DNA from: Candidatus Magasanikiibacteriota bacterium
Lineage (GTDB): Bacteria > Patescibacteriota > Patescibacteriia > Magasanikbacterales > UBA922
Assembly: GCA_041674805.1 (NCBI GenBank)
Contig: JBAYVA010000001.1
Location: 198,612-262,611, forward strand
Length of the DNA: 64,000 nt
Direction: 5' to 3'
The notes under the pieces were generated by a model. That model did no database searches. It saw only the letters and a program-made list of their open reading frames with translations, and had not been told where the DNA came from. Below are positions 55,778 through 64,000 of this stretch, one piece after another (position 1 is the first letter of the stretch; every line of letters starts with the position of its first letter). Both the position numbers and the translations under genes were made by a program.

Positions 55778-57040
55778 ATGTCTTTTCCTCAAAAACCTGA
55801 AAACAAAAGAACGGTTTATTTTGACCACGCTGCTACTACTTATGTGGCTCCAGAAGTTGTCAAAGAAATGATGCCTTATTTTTCAGATATTTATGCCAAT
55901 CCTTCTGGTTTGTATGCAATTGGACGTGAAGTAAACGGCGCTCTTGAAGATGCTCGTCGTCGTGTTGCTCAAATTTTGCATGCTTTGCCAGATACCATAT
56001 TTTTTACTGGTGGCGGTACTGAGTCAGACAATATGGCTATTTTTGGTGTAGTTCGTAAACACGAAAAAAATGGTAAACATATTATTACTACCAAAATTGA
56101 ACATCATGCAGTTCTATATCCTTTTGAATATTTAGAAAAACAAGGATTTGAAGTGACTTATTTGGAAACCGATGAATTTGGTTTTGTTAGTGCCAAACAA
56201 GTCAAAGAAGCTCTTCGTGCTGATACAATTCTTATTTCCATAATGTATGCAAATAATGAAATAGGAACTGTAGAACCTATTGCCGAAATTGGTCGTGAAC
56301 TTTTGAAATGGAGAAAAGAAAATAATACTAAATATCCATATTTTCATACTGATGCTTGTCAAGCTGCTGGTGCTTTTGATCTTGATGTTGAAAAGTTGCA
56401 TGTAGATTTCATGACAATCAATGCCAGCAAAATTTATGGTCCAAAAGGTGTTGGTATTCTTTATAAACATAGAAACGTAAGTATAGAAGCTATTGTTTTT
56501 GGTGGAGGACAAGAAAGAGGTTTACGTTCTGGTACAGAAAATGTTCCTGGCATTGTCGGCTTTGCCAAAGCTCTAGAACTAGCACAAGAAAATAGGGAAG
56601 TGGAAAATAATAGACTAACTGAACTTCGTAATTATTTTTGGGATAGACTTGAAAAAGAAATTCCTAAAGTAAGATTAAATGGACCCTTATTAAATAAGCC
56701 AGAATTACGTTTACCAAATAATTTGAATGTTTCAATTTTAGATATTGAAGGTGAAGCTCTTTTGCTTTATTTAGACGAGTATGGAATTGTTTGTTCTACT
56801 GGTTCTGCTTGTACTTCTGAGTCACTTGATCCATCTCATGTTTTGCTTGCTTGTGGCTTGCCTTATGAATATGCTCACGGTAGTCTACGTTTTACACTTG
56901 GCAAAAGAACAACAAAAGAAGATGTGGATTATGCTATGACATATTTACCTGGAATTGTGGAGATTTTAAGAAAAATTTCACCGGTAAATTTGAAAATGGA
57001 TGTTAAGGAAAATACTCATCCTCAATATCACCAACGGTAA
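55778..57040 (+). CDS. iscS: Cysteine desulfurase (NifS/IscS family)
   Basis: PLP-lysine region, SGSACTS active-site loop. Confidence 0.9.
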   Translation: MSFPQKPENKRTVYFDHAATTYVAPEVVKEMMPYFSDIYANPSGLYAIGREVNGALEDARRRVAQILHALPDTIFFTGGGTESDNMAIFGVVRKHEKNGKHIITTKIEHHAVLYPFEYLEKQGFEVTYLETDEFGFVSAKQVKEALRADTILISIMYANNEIGTVEPIAEIGRELLKWRKENNTKYPYFHTDACQAAGAFDLDVEKLHVDFMTINASKIYGPKGVGILYKHRNVSIEAIVFGGGQERGLRSGTENVPGIVGFAKALELAQENREVENNRLTELRNYFWDRLEKEIPKVRLNGPLLNKPELRLPNNLNVSILDIEGEALLLYLDEYGIVCSTGSACTSESLDPSHVLLACGLPYEYAHGSLRFTLGKRTTKEDVDYAMTYLPGIVEILRKISPVNLKMDVKENTHPQYHQR

Positions 57041-57115
57041 ACAATTCGGATATACGGATAATACGGATGTAAACTACGGAATAAAATATTTGTGTTATTT
57101 TTTAATTAAAAAAAT

Positions 57116-57784
57116 ATGACAGACAACACTCAAAACTCAGGCGCAAAAATTCAAGATAAACAAGGTAATACTTGGCTCTATTCAGATACAGTAAAAGATC
57201 ATTTCTTCAATCCACGCAATATTCTTTTTTCTGGCGAAGAAGATAAATATGATGCTGATGCTACAGGACGTGTTGGTTCTCCAGCTTGTGGCGACGAGAT
57301 GGTCATTTGGTTGAAAATTGATCCAAAAACTGAAAAAATAATAGAATGCAAATGGCAAACTTTTGGTTGTGGTAGTGCAATTGCTTCTACCTCTATGCTT
57401 TCGGTTATGCTTTCTGAAAATGGGGGAATGACTCTTGAACAAGCTTTGAAAATAAAGCCTCAGCATATTATGGAACGTCTTGGTGGTTTGCCAAATAGAA
57501 AAATTCATTGTTCAGTCTTAGGTGACAAAGCTTTGCAAGCTGCTATCAATGATTGGTACCGAAAAACTGGTCAACATAACAAGATTATTACTACAGGTGC
57601 CAAAATTATTGATAAAGAATTAAATATTACTGATCATGATATTGAAGAAGCCGTTCTTGAAGGTGCTAAAACTCTTGAAGATGTACAGAAAAAATTAAAA
57701 GTAGGTGTAGCAACTCCGGAAGCAATTCCAGAAATTGAACAGTTGATTAGGTTTTATTCGGAGAAATATTATGGAGCAGAGTAA
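57116..57784 (+). CDS. NifU/IscU-type Fe-S cluster scaffold with a C-terminal extension
   Basis: GSPACGDEMVIWL, WQTFGCGSAIAS, HCSVLGDKAL. Confidence 0.8.
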   Translation: MTDNTQNSGAKIQDKQGNTWLYSDTVKDHFFNPRNILFSGEEDKYDADATGRVGSPACGDEMVIWLKIDPKTEKIIECKWQTFGCGSAIASTSMLSVMLSENGGMTLEQALKIKPQHIMERLGGLPNRKIHCSVLGDKALQAAINDWYRKTGQHNKIITTGAKIIDKELNITDHDIEEAVLEGAKTLEDVQKKLKVGVATPEAIPEIEQLIRFYSEKYYGAE

Positions 57785-57886
57785 TAATTTAGAAATTTTA
57801 AATTTCGAATTTTAATTTATCGGCCTTAAGTGAAAACAATTTAAAATTTATCCAGATTTATCGGGACTAAATTTAAAATTATAAAC

Positions 57887-58183
57887 TTGTTTATGAAATT
57901 AACCAAAGATTTAATTATAAAACAATTAGAAACCGTCATCGACCCTCACATTGGCCTAGATATTTGGACGCTTGGTTTTATTTACGAAATAAATATCAAG
58001 GATGATAAAAGTGTTCATATTTTGATGACTTTGACTACTCCAATGTGTCCACTTGATGGTGATATCAAAGATATGATAAAAGATGCTTTGGCTGAAATTG
58101 GTGTAGAAAATGTAGAAGTAGAGAAAACTTTTGATCCACCTTGGACTCCTCCGGAGGCTTTGCGTCGAATGATGAGTATTTAG
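57887..58183 (+). CDS. DUF59/MIP18-family Fe-S assembly protein (SufT-like)
   Basis: VIDPHIGLDIWTLGFIYEI...TLTTPMCP. Confidence 0.7.
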   Translation: MFMKLTKDLIIKQLETVIDPHIGLDIWTLGFIYEINIKDDKSVHILMTLTTPMCPLDGDIKDMIKDALAEIGVENVEVEKTFDPPWTPPEALRRMMSI

Positions 58184-58316
58184 CACAAATACCACAAATA
58201 CTAGACGAATAACACAAATGTGATTTTAGTTATTTGTGTGGATTCGTTAATATTTGTGTTATCCCCAGCTATTTAAATGTTACAAACAAAAAATAAGTAA
58301 AATCTTTTAAACAAGT

Positions 58317-58616
58317 ATGGAAGTAAAAAAAATAGAAGTTTGTTGTGGAGGAACTTGTCTTGGTAGAAAGTCTGATCAAATATTTGACTATTTACAAAAT
58401 GAATACAAAGATACAGATACTGCCGTTCATATGTGTAGTTGTTTAGGTCGTTGCAAAAAAGGACCAAACATTTTAGTTGATGATGAAAAAGTTTATCATT
58501 ACAGCAAAATCCGAACTATCAAAGAACGTATTGAAAATAATGAAGGAGAACAGTATAATAGATATGATAATGAAGATAAACTTGACTTAGCAAGTGATTT
58601 TTTGGGGGATCTATAA
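58317..58616 (+). CDS. Thioredoxin-like [2Fe-2S] ferredoxin
   Basis: CCGGTC...CSCLGRC four-Cys pattern. Confidence 0.6.
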   Translation: MEVKKIEVCCGGTCLGRKSDQIFDYLQNEYKDTDTAVHMCSCLGRCKKGPNILVDDEKVYHYSKIRTIKERIENNEGEQYNRYDNEDKLDLASDFLGDL

Positions 58617-58666
58617 ATAAAATAACAAATTTCAAAATTCAAATTACAAATAATTTTTAATAAAAT

Positions 58667-58969
58667 ATGGAAGAAAAAGAACCAAAAATGCCAATAAACT
58701 TTGATACTTTACCAGAAGATATTTCTATGAAAATTAGAGCTGGTGGTAAGATTCGACGCATTGTCGTGGATAGAGAAGCCTGTATTGGCGCTCAATCTTG
58801 CGTTGTTGTTGCCCCAGGAGTATTTCAAATGGATGATGACAACTTAGCTTATGTAACAGATCCAAATGGTGAAGATGAAGATACTGTCATGCTTGGTGCT
58901 CAATCTTGTCCTGTATTAGCTGTTCATCTTTATGATGAAGATGGAAATCAGATTTTTCCTGAAGAATAA
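58667..58969 (+). CDS. Small ferredoxin (single-cluster Fer4-like)
   Basis: CIGAQSC...AQSCP Cys pattern. Confidence 0.55.
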   Translation: MEEKEPKMPINFDTLPEDISMKIRAGGKIRRIVVDREACIGAQSCVVVAPGVFQMDDDNLAYVTDPNGEDEDTVMLGAQSCPVLAVHLYDEDGNQIFPEE

Positions 58970-59000
58970 TTTTCATTAAAACAAAAAACATTGCAACATA

Positions 59001-59028
59001 AAAACACCTGTGAAAGGTGTTTTTTTAT
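59001..59028. terminator. Bidirectional hairpin terminator (acacctgtgaaaggtgt followed by T7)
   Basis: Read directly. Confidence 0.6.
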
Positions 59029-59033
59029 TGAGT

Positions 59034-59765
59034 TTATCTTTTAATACCTATTAATATCAAGATTAATATAAGAACCAAAATACTAAACAGAAAAAGACCT
59101 AGGCCCCAGCGATCCCATTTTTTTTGTTTTTCCAAAAAGTACTCTACACTTGGCCACTTGTCATTTTTCCAGGCCCATTCTCTTCCTCGTACTCCCATCA
59201 CAATCCACCAAATATAATTTACTAGTGGTATAAAGGATAAAAAAGAAATCCAGACATTATGATAAGAACCCCATATCCAACTAAAAAACATTGCACCCCA
59301 ACTCCAACCTCTTATTTCTGGTGGAATTTCAGAATCATGTTTTTTACCAGATCTCTCATCATATTGCATATTTGGGTTCAATTCTTTTTTTGCTAAATAA
59401 ACAATACCAAGAGGTATCCCAACAAGAATACAAACAGTAGCTACTAAACCTAGTAAGCTTAATATGAAAGTAATTATGCGAAAGACTATTACATACACAG
59501 AGGAAGTATCACTTGAATTAAGAAAAAACTTTATTATTGCCCATAAAAATGGTATTAAAAATAATGAAATTATGGGTACTATGATCCACAATAAACCAAT
59601 CACTTTGTTTCTTTTACTTTTTATATACCAATCACTATCAGTATTTATTGTAGCAGGTGGGGTAGGGATGTTATCAGTTTTTTCATGTTGTTTTAGTGTA
59701 TTATTACATCTTGGACAAATTGAAATATCACTTTTTATTTCTTCATCACAATGATTACATTGCAT
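59034..59765 (-). CDS. Membrane protein with an N-terminal zinc-ribbon (CNHC...CPRC)
   Basis: ORF with 4-5 TM helices and a Cys4 motif. Confidence 0.45.
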   Translation of the reverse strand: MQCNHCDEEIKSDISICPRCNNTLKQHEKTDNIPTPPATINTDSDWYIKSKRNKVIGLLWIIVPIISLFLIPFLWAIIKFFLNSSDTSSVYVIVFRIITFILSLLGLVATVCILVGIPLGIVYLAKKELNPNMQYDERSGKKHDSEIPPEIRGWSWGAMFFSWIWGSYHNVWISFLSFIPLVNYIWWIVMGVRGREWAWKNDKWPSVEYFLEKQKKWDRWGLGLFLFSILVLILILILIGIKR

Positions 59766-59890
59766 ATGATTGATTTTAAAATAAATAAAATATGATTATA
59801 TAATATCTTAGAATTAATTTTTTTGCAAATTTAAAACAAAAAACCAACTTGTAATAAAGTTGGTTTTTTACCCTTTTCCAAAATTGGTTT

Positions 59891-59927
59891 TAGCCTTTCC
59901 AGCGTAGACGGGTCCGCCTTGGGTGGA
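59891..59927. repeat. 37-bp GC-rich element (agcctttccagcgtagacgggtccgccttgggtggac). It is the inverted partner of 62615-62651; together they bracket clpB.
   Basis: Reverse complement matches 62615-62651 at 33 of 37 positions. Confidence 0.7.
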
Positions 59928-59962
59928 CAGGCCTTTTTGGCCTTTCTAGCATTTCAAGCCTT

Positions 59963-62602
59963 TTAGGCCTTTATATCAATCTCACCCTTCACCACTTCAA
60001 TCTTCACCTCACTACCTTCATGAATCTTTTTTTCTACTATTTGCATAGCTAATTTATTGAGAAGCTCTGTCTGAAGTACACGTTTTAGAGGACGTGCTCC
60101 AAGATTTTCATCAAAACCTTTTTTGGCCAGCCAATCTTTGGCTTTGTTAGAAATCTTGATAGAAATTTTTTGTTTTTTGAGACGTTTTTCAATTGCCAAA
60201 ATTTGTAAATCTACTATTTGACGAATTTGTTTTTCGTTTAGAGAATGGAAAACAATGATGTCATCGATACGATTCAAAAATTCTGGTTTGAATTGTTCTT
60301 TTAGAGCTGACATGACAGCCTTATTTACTTTATTATTATTTTTATCTTTGTCTTTTTTATTGTCACTAGTTTCAAAACCAAATTCTCCTTTTTTACCCAT
60401 AGACATAATAATATCACTGGCAATATTACTTGTCATAATTATTACAGTATTTTTGAAATTTACTTTGCGACCTTTGGCATCTGTCAGATGTCCATCTTCT
60501 AGAATTTGGAGCATGATATTGAAAGTATCTGGGTGTGCTTTTTCTATTTCGTCAAATAGAATTACTGAATATGGTTTTCTTCGCACTATTTCTGTCAATT
60601 GTCCACCTTCATCAAAGCCAACATAGCCAGGAGGGGAGCCAATCATCTTGCTTACCGCGTGTTTTTCCATATATTCTGTCATATCTACGCGTATCAAGGC
60701 TTCTTCATCATTGAACAAGAATTCTGCCAAAGCTTTGGCTAATTCAGTTTTTCCTACACCAGTTGGACCCATGAAAATAAAAGAACCAATAGGACGTTTT
60801 TCTTCAGCAATACCAGCCCGACTACGACGAATAGCATTGGAGACGGATTGTATAGCTTCTTCTTGTCCGATGACACGTTTGGTGATTTCTTTTTCCATTT
60901 TGGCAAGTTTTATTACTTCATCTTCCAACATTTTGTTTAGTGGAATGCCTGTCCAACGAGAAACTACGCGGGCGATGTCTTCTTCTGTTACTTCTTCTTT
61001 GAGAATACTGTTTGTCTTTTGTAAATCAGCCAACTTCATTTCATATTTTTTGATAGCTTTTTCTATCATAGGAATCTTGCCATAACGAAGCTCAGCCACT
61101 TTTTGCAAGTCACCTTTACGTTCTTCTATTTCCGAGTTTTGTTTTAATTTGTCTATTTCTTTTTTATGTTCACGAATTTTGGTAATAATATCTTTTTCAT
61201 TAGTCCATTGCATTTCTATTTCTTTACTTTGATCTTTCAAATTTGCAAGTTCTTCTTTCAATTTTTGTTCACGTTCTTTACTTTCATTGTCAGTTTCTTT
61301 TTTGAGTGCTTTTAGTTCAATTTCTATTTTCATTATTTGACGTTTCATTTTGTCTAGATTGTCTGGCATTGAGTCTATTTGCATTTTTAGAGCACTAGCC
61401 GCTTCATCAATAAGATCAATCGCTTTGTCTGGCAATTGTCTGTCGCTGATATATCGATTGGAAAGTTGGACAGAAGAAACAATAGCAGGATCAGTGATTC
61501 TTACACCATGATGAATTTCATATTTTTCTTTGATACCACGCAAAATTGCGATAGCATCTTCTGTTTTTGGTTCTAGAACTAAGACTGGTTGGAAACGACG
61601 TTCAAACGCAGCATCTTTTTCAATATGTTTTTGGTATTCTTTTATAGTAGTAGCACCAACTACATGCATTTCACCACGAGCTAGGCCTGGTTTTAGCATG
61701 TTTGAAGCGTCTACAGCACCTTCAGAGCTACCAGCACCCACAATAGTGTGTAATTCATCAATAAACAAAATTATTTTGCCTTGGGCTTCTGTCACTTCTT
61801 TGATTACAGCTTTGAAACGTTCTTCAAATTCACCTCTAAATTTGGTACCAGCGAGTAGGGAACCGATGTCCAAAGAAATGATTTCTTTGTTTTTCAAATT
61901 TTCTGGTACATCTCCATTGACGATTCTTTGAGCCAAGCCTTCGACAACTGCTGTTTTACCAACGCCAGGTTCACCAATAAGCACTGGATTATTTTTTGTT
62001 CTGCGAGTAAGTACTTGCATGACACGACGAATTTCATCGTCACGACCAATCACTGGATCAAGTTTTTCTTTGCGAGCACGCTCGGTCAAATTGATGCCGT
62101 ATTTTTCCAGAGCTTGATATTTACTTTCTGGTTCAGGACTGTCGACACGTTGATTGCCACGTATGTCTTTTAGTACATTCAAAATGTCTTGGTATTGTAC
62201 TTTTTGACGAGAGAGAGCGTCGCTAATTGGGTTTTTGTTAGTCAAAAAAGCAAGAAGCAAATGTTCAACACTAATAAATTCATCGTGCATTTTTTTGGCT
62301 TCATTGTCAGCATTTTGTAAAATAAAAATCATGGCTTGGCCAAGCGTTACTTGTCCAATATTACGATTTTCCGGCATTGCTTGTTTTGGAATGGCGTTTA
62401 TCATTTCTTGAACCTCGGTTTTTAGCTGTTCAATATTGACATTTAGTTTTTTGAAAATAGAAACAACAACACCTTCACTTTGATTGAGTAAACTCAAAAA
62501 TAGGTGAGGTGGTTCTATCTGTGTTTGGCTATTTTGGGTAGCAATATTTTGCGAATTTTGAATAGCTTCTTGTGATTTGTTTGTAAAATTTTGGGGAAAC
62601 AT
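59963..62602 (-). CDS. clpB: ATP-dependent chaperone ClpB (AAA+ disaggregase)
   Basis: Clp_N domain, two Walker A motifs (GEPGVGKTA; GPTGVGKTE), a coiled-coil middle domain; 879 aa. Confidence 0.95.
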   Translation of the reverse strand: MFPQNFTNKSQEAIQNSQNIATQNSQTQIEPPHLFLSLLNQSEGVVVSIFKKLNVNIEQLKTEVQEMINAIPKQAMPENRNIGQVTLGQAMIFILQNADNEAKKMHDEFISVEHLLLAFLTNKNPISDALSRQKVQYQDILNVLKDIRGNQRVDSPEPESKYQALEKYGINLTERARKEKLDPVIGRDDEIRRVMQVLTRRTKNNPVLIGEPGVGKTAVVEGLAQRIVNGDVPENLKNKEIISLDIGSLLAGTKFRGEFEERFKAVIKEVTEAQGKIILFIDELHTIVGAGSSEGAVDASNMLKPGLARGEMHVVGATTIKEYQKHIEKDAAFERRFQPVLVLEPKTEDAIAILRGIKEKYEIHHGVRITDPAIVSSVQLSNRYISDRQLPDKAIDLIDEAASALKMQIDSMPDNLDKMKRQIMKIEIELKALKKETDNESKEREQKLKEELANLKDQSKEIEMQWTNEKDIITKIREHKKEIDKLKQNSEIEERKGDLQKVAELRYGKIPMIEKAIKKYEMKLADLQKTNSILKEEVTEEDIARVVSRWTGIPLNKMLEDEVIKLAKMEKEITKRVIGQEEAIQSVSNAIRRSRAGIAEEKRPIGSFIFMGPTGVGKTELAKALAEFLFNDEEALIRVDMTEYMEKHAVSKMIGSPPGYVGFDEGGQLTEIVRRKPYSVILFDEIEKAHPDTFNIMLQILEDGHLTDAKGRKVNFKNTVIIMTSNIASDIIMSMGKKGEFGFETSDNKKDKDKNNNKVNKAVMSALKEQFKPEFLNRIDDIIVFHSLNEKQIRQIVDLQILAIEKRLKKQKISIKISNKAKDWLAKKGFDENLGARPLKRVLQTELLNKLAMQIVEKKIHEGSEVKIEVVKGEIDIKA

Positions 62603-62614
62603 ATATAAAGGCTT

Positions 62615-62651
62615 ATCCGCCCAAGGCGGACCCGTCTACGCGGGAAAGGCT
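62615..62651. repeat. 37-bp GC-rich element (atccgcccaaggcggacccgtctacgcgggaaaggct), 13 nt upstream of the clpB start
   Basis: See 59891-59927. Confidence 0.7.
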
Positions 62652-62663
62652 ATTAATTTATAA

Positions 62664-62690
62664 TTATCACTCTAATAGAGTGAGTGATAA
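62664..62690. promoter_or_regulatory. CIRCE-like inverted repeat TTATCACTC-N9-GAGTGATAA upstream of clpB (candidate HrcA-type operator)
   Basis: Perfect 9-bp IR with a 9-nt spacer, the same architecture as CIRCE TTAGCACTC-N9-GAGTGCTAA. Confidence 0.45.
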
Positions 62691-62855
62691 TACTATAACA
62701 TGCTGGAAAAATTTGTCAATATGTGCTAAGATAAGACAAGTTAAGAGTTTGTAAAGTTATAAAGTTGAAAGTATTATAATCTTATTATATATTATTTTTT
62801 ACTTTATTTAAATATATTTTCTGTATAATCTTTATAAATTAATGAAAGCAGTGCT

Positions 62856-63821
62856 ATGAACAAAAAAATATTAGAACATTATTTGAAATTTGGTACATTT
62901 ACTAATCCTGGCTTTTATAAAGAGTTTTTTCAAAATCTTCCAGATAATGTCAAAGAAATAGGGAACCTGATTAGTCATCAAATAATCCATCGTGTTACTC
63001 TAAAAAATGGCAATACAAAAGTTAACAGAGATTTGCGTTATGGGGATATGGAAAAATATCCTTGGCATAGACTCAGATGTGAAGATGAAATTTTACCAAA
63101 CACTATCTCTATGGTTGCAGAATTATTAAGACTGGATGATAGAGGTTTTTTGGCAGATAGAAAAGTAGAAGATAAAATTATTGTCACATGTCGTAATGTT
63201 GCAATATTAATGGCATCAATATTAAAATCAAAAGGAATTCCATGTAGAGTTCGTTCTGGATTTTCTCCGTATTTTTTTTCTTGGAGTGGTGACCATTGGA
63301 TAAATCAGTATTGGAATAAAGATAAAAAAACGTGGATTAATTTTGATGCTGATGGATTCTTTGCTGATATGTGGGATGAAAAAAACAAAAAATGGGTAGT
63401 ATCAACAGCAGAAGGATATTTTGATAGTATAATTAGTTTTGATCAATATAATATTCCTTTTGATAAATTTGACTGGGCAGCAAATACTTGGCTTGGAATT
63501 AGAAAAAATACATTAGATGCTAATCATTTTATAAATGCTGATGGTTCTGTTGGACTTATGCCAGTTCTTTGGTCAATATTTTATGATTTTCATAGTTTGA
63601 TGAATAACGAAATTTTTTATAATCAATTGCCAAGTTATATTTATTTCAAATTTGATAAACTAACAGAAAAAGATTTCAAAGAAATTGACGAACTAGCTGA
63701 ATTAATGATAGATCCTGATAAAAATTTTGATGAATTAGTCAAAATTTGGAATACAAAAAAGAAGTTTAGAATATTGAATAGTCCTTTGATAGGAGATAGT
63801 GATCATATTATTTGGAAATAA
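62856..63821 (+). CDS. Transglutaminase-like superfamily protein
   Basis: Cys (TCRNVAILM), His (GDHWINQYW), Asp (NFDADG) catalytic-triad spacing. Confidence 0.55.
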   Translation: MNKKILEHYLKFGTFTNPGFYKEFFQNLPDNVKEIGNLISHQIIHRVTLKNGNTKVNRDLRYGDMEKYPWHRLRCEDEILPNTISMVAELLRLDDRGFLADRKVEDKIIVTCRNVAILMASILKSKGIPCRVRSGFSPYFFSWSGDHWINQYWNKDKKTWINFDADGFFADMWDEKNKKWVVSTAEGYFDSIISFDQYNIPFDKFDWAANTWLGIRKNTLDANHFINADGSVGLMPVLWSIFYDFHSLMNNEIFYNQLPSYIYFKFDKLTEKDFKEIDELAELMIDPDKNFDELVKIWNTKKKFRILNSPLIGDSDHIIWK

Positions 63822-63832
63822 ATTTTAATTTA

Positions 63833-64000
63833 TGTTTGAAACTGTCAAAATATTAGGAGTCAAAATAAGTAAACTAGATTTAGGTTCTAGTCGTCTTTTG
63901 ATTTCCAATTTTTTGAGTACCAAAGGTCAATACAAAGTTTTTACTCCAAATCCAGAAATGCTGGTAGATGCACAAAAAGATAGCTATTTTCGTCGAGTTT
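63833..64000 (+). CDS. WecB/TagA/CpsF-family glycosyltransferase (3' partial, runs off the window)
   Basis: ILGVKI...KVFTPNPEM N-terminal signature. Confidence 0.55.

Noticed and set aside
60255-61931. Plus-strand ORFs of 123, 145 and 133 aa inside clpB
   Set aside because: They are antisense to a highly conserved AAA+ gene and Ser/Leu-rich, typical shadow ORFs.

Overview
This is a low-GC (about 30% GC) bacterial window with short intergenic spacers, many small membrane proteins and weak Shine-Dalgarno signals. The gene content is compatible with a small-genome, Patescibacteria/CPR-like organism, but that is inference. I called about 75 protein genes. The housekeeping genes are rpoD (5' partial), sodA/B, galE, peroxiredoxin, dsbA-like, mscL, lgt, dus, folD, uppS, clpB and an isc-like Fe-S operon (rrf2/iscR, iscS, nifU, sufT-like, two ferredoxins). 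The accessory functions are an ECF sigma/anti-sigma pair, a GH1 beta-glucosidase, a NOX/ferric-reductase-like flavoprotein, an arsR-thioredoxin-permease trio, an M23 peptidase, a polysaccharide deacetylase, several NUDIX/HD/GNAT proteins and a transglutaminase-like protein. There are no rRNA genes and no CRISPR arrays. The most interesting observations are:
(1) A minus-strand operon at 15.6-19.2 kb looks like a cobalamin-capture system. It encodes a DUF4430 (transcobalamin beta-domain-like) protein, a 736-aa surface protein with prenyltransferase/alpha-toroid repeats (transcobalamin alpha-domain-like), and an ECF-S-component-like membrane protein. It is preceded by a leader resembling a cobalamin riboswitch with terminator hairpins.
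(2) A tRNA-Asn(GUU) gene is interrupted by a ~430-nt group I intron carrying R/S (P7) elements, and a direct repeat of the tRNA 5' end lies next to it.
(3) A tight operon of radical SAM, ICMT-family methyltransferase, Cys-rich membrane protein and Lgt is bracketed by three paralogous small membrane proteins. Two of these carry a lipobox-like Cys near the C-terminus.
(4) A 250-bp GC-rich island encodes a 45-aa hydrophobic peptide followed by a GC-clamp terminator.
(5) A canonical C_CCA_AAA slippery heptamer followed by a stop joins two halves of a repeat protein, consistent with -1 frameshifting or a frameshift mutation.
(6) Pairs of 15-37 bp GC-rich palindromic elements bracket clpB and a Big_2 surface-protein gene in inverted orientation.
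There are also several dispersed short repeat families (AAGCAGAATAGGCAG-type 9-mer arrays at gene 3' ends, CCCGAC-N-GTCGGG hairpins, and a duplicated terminator-promoter module).
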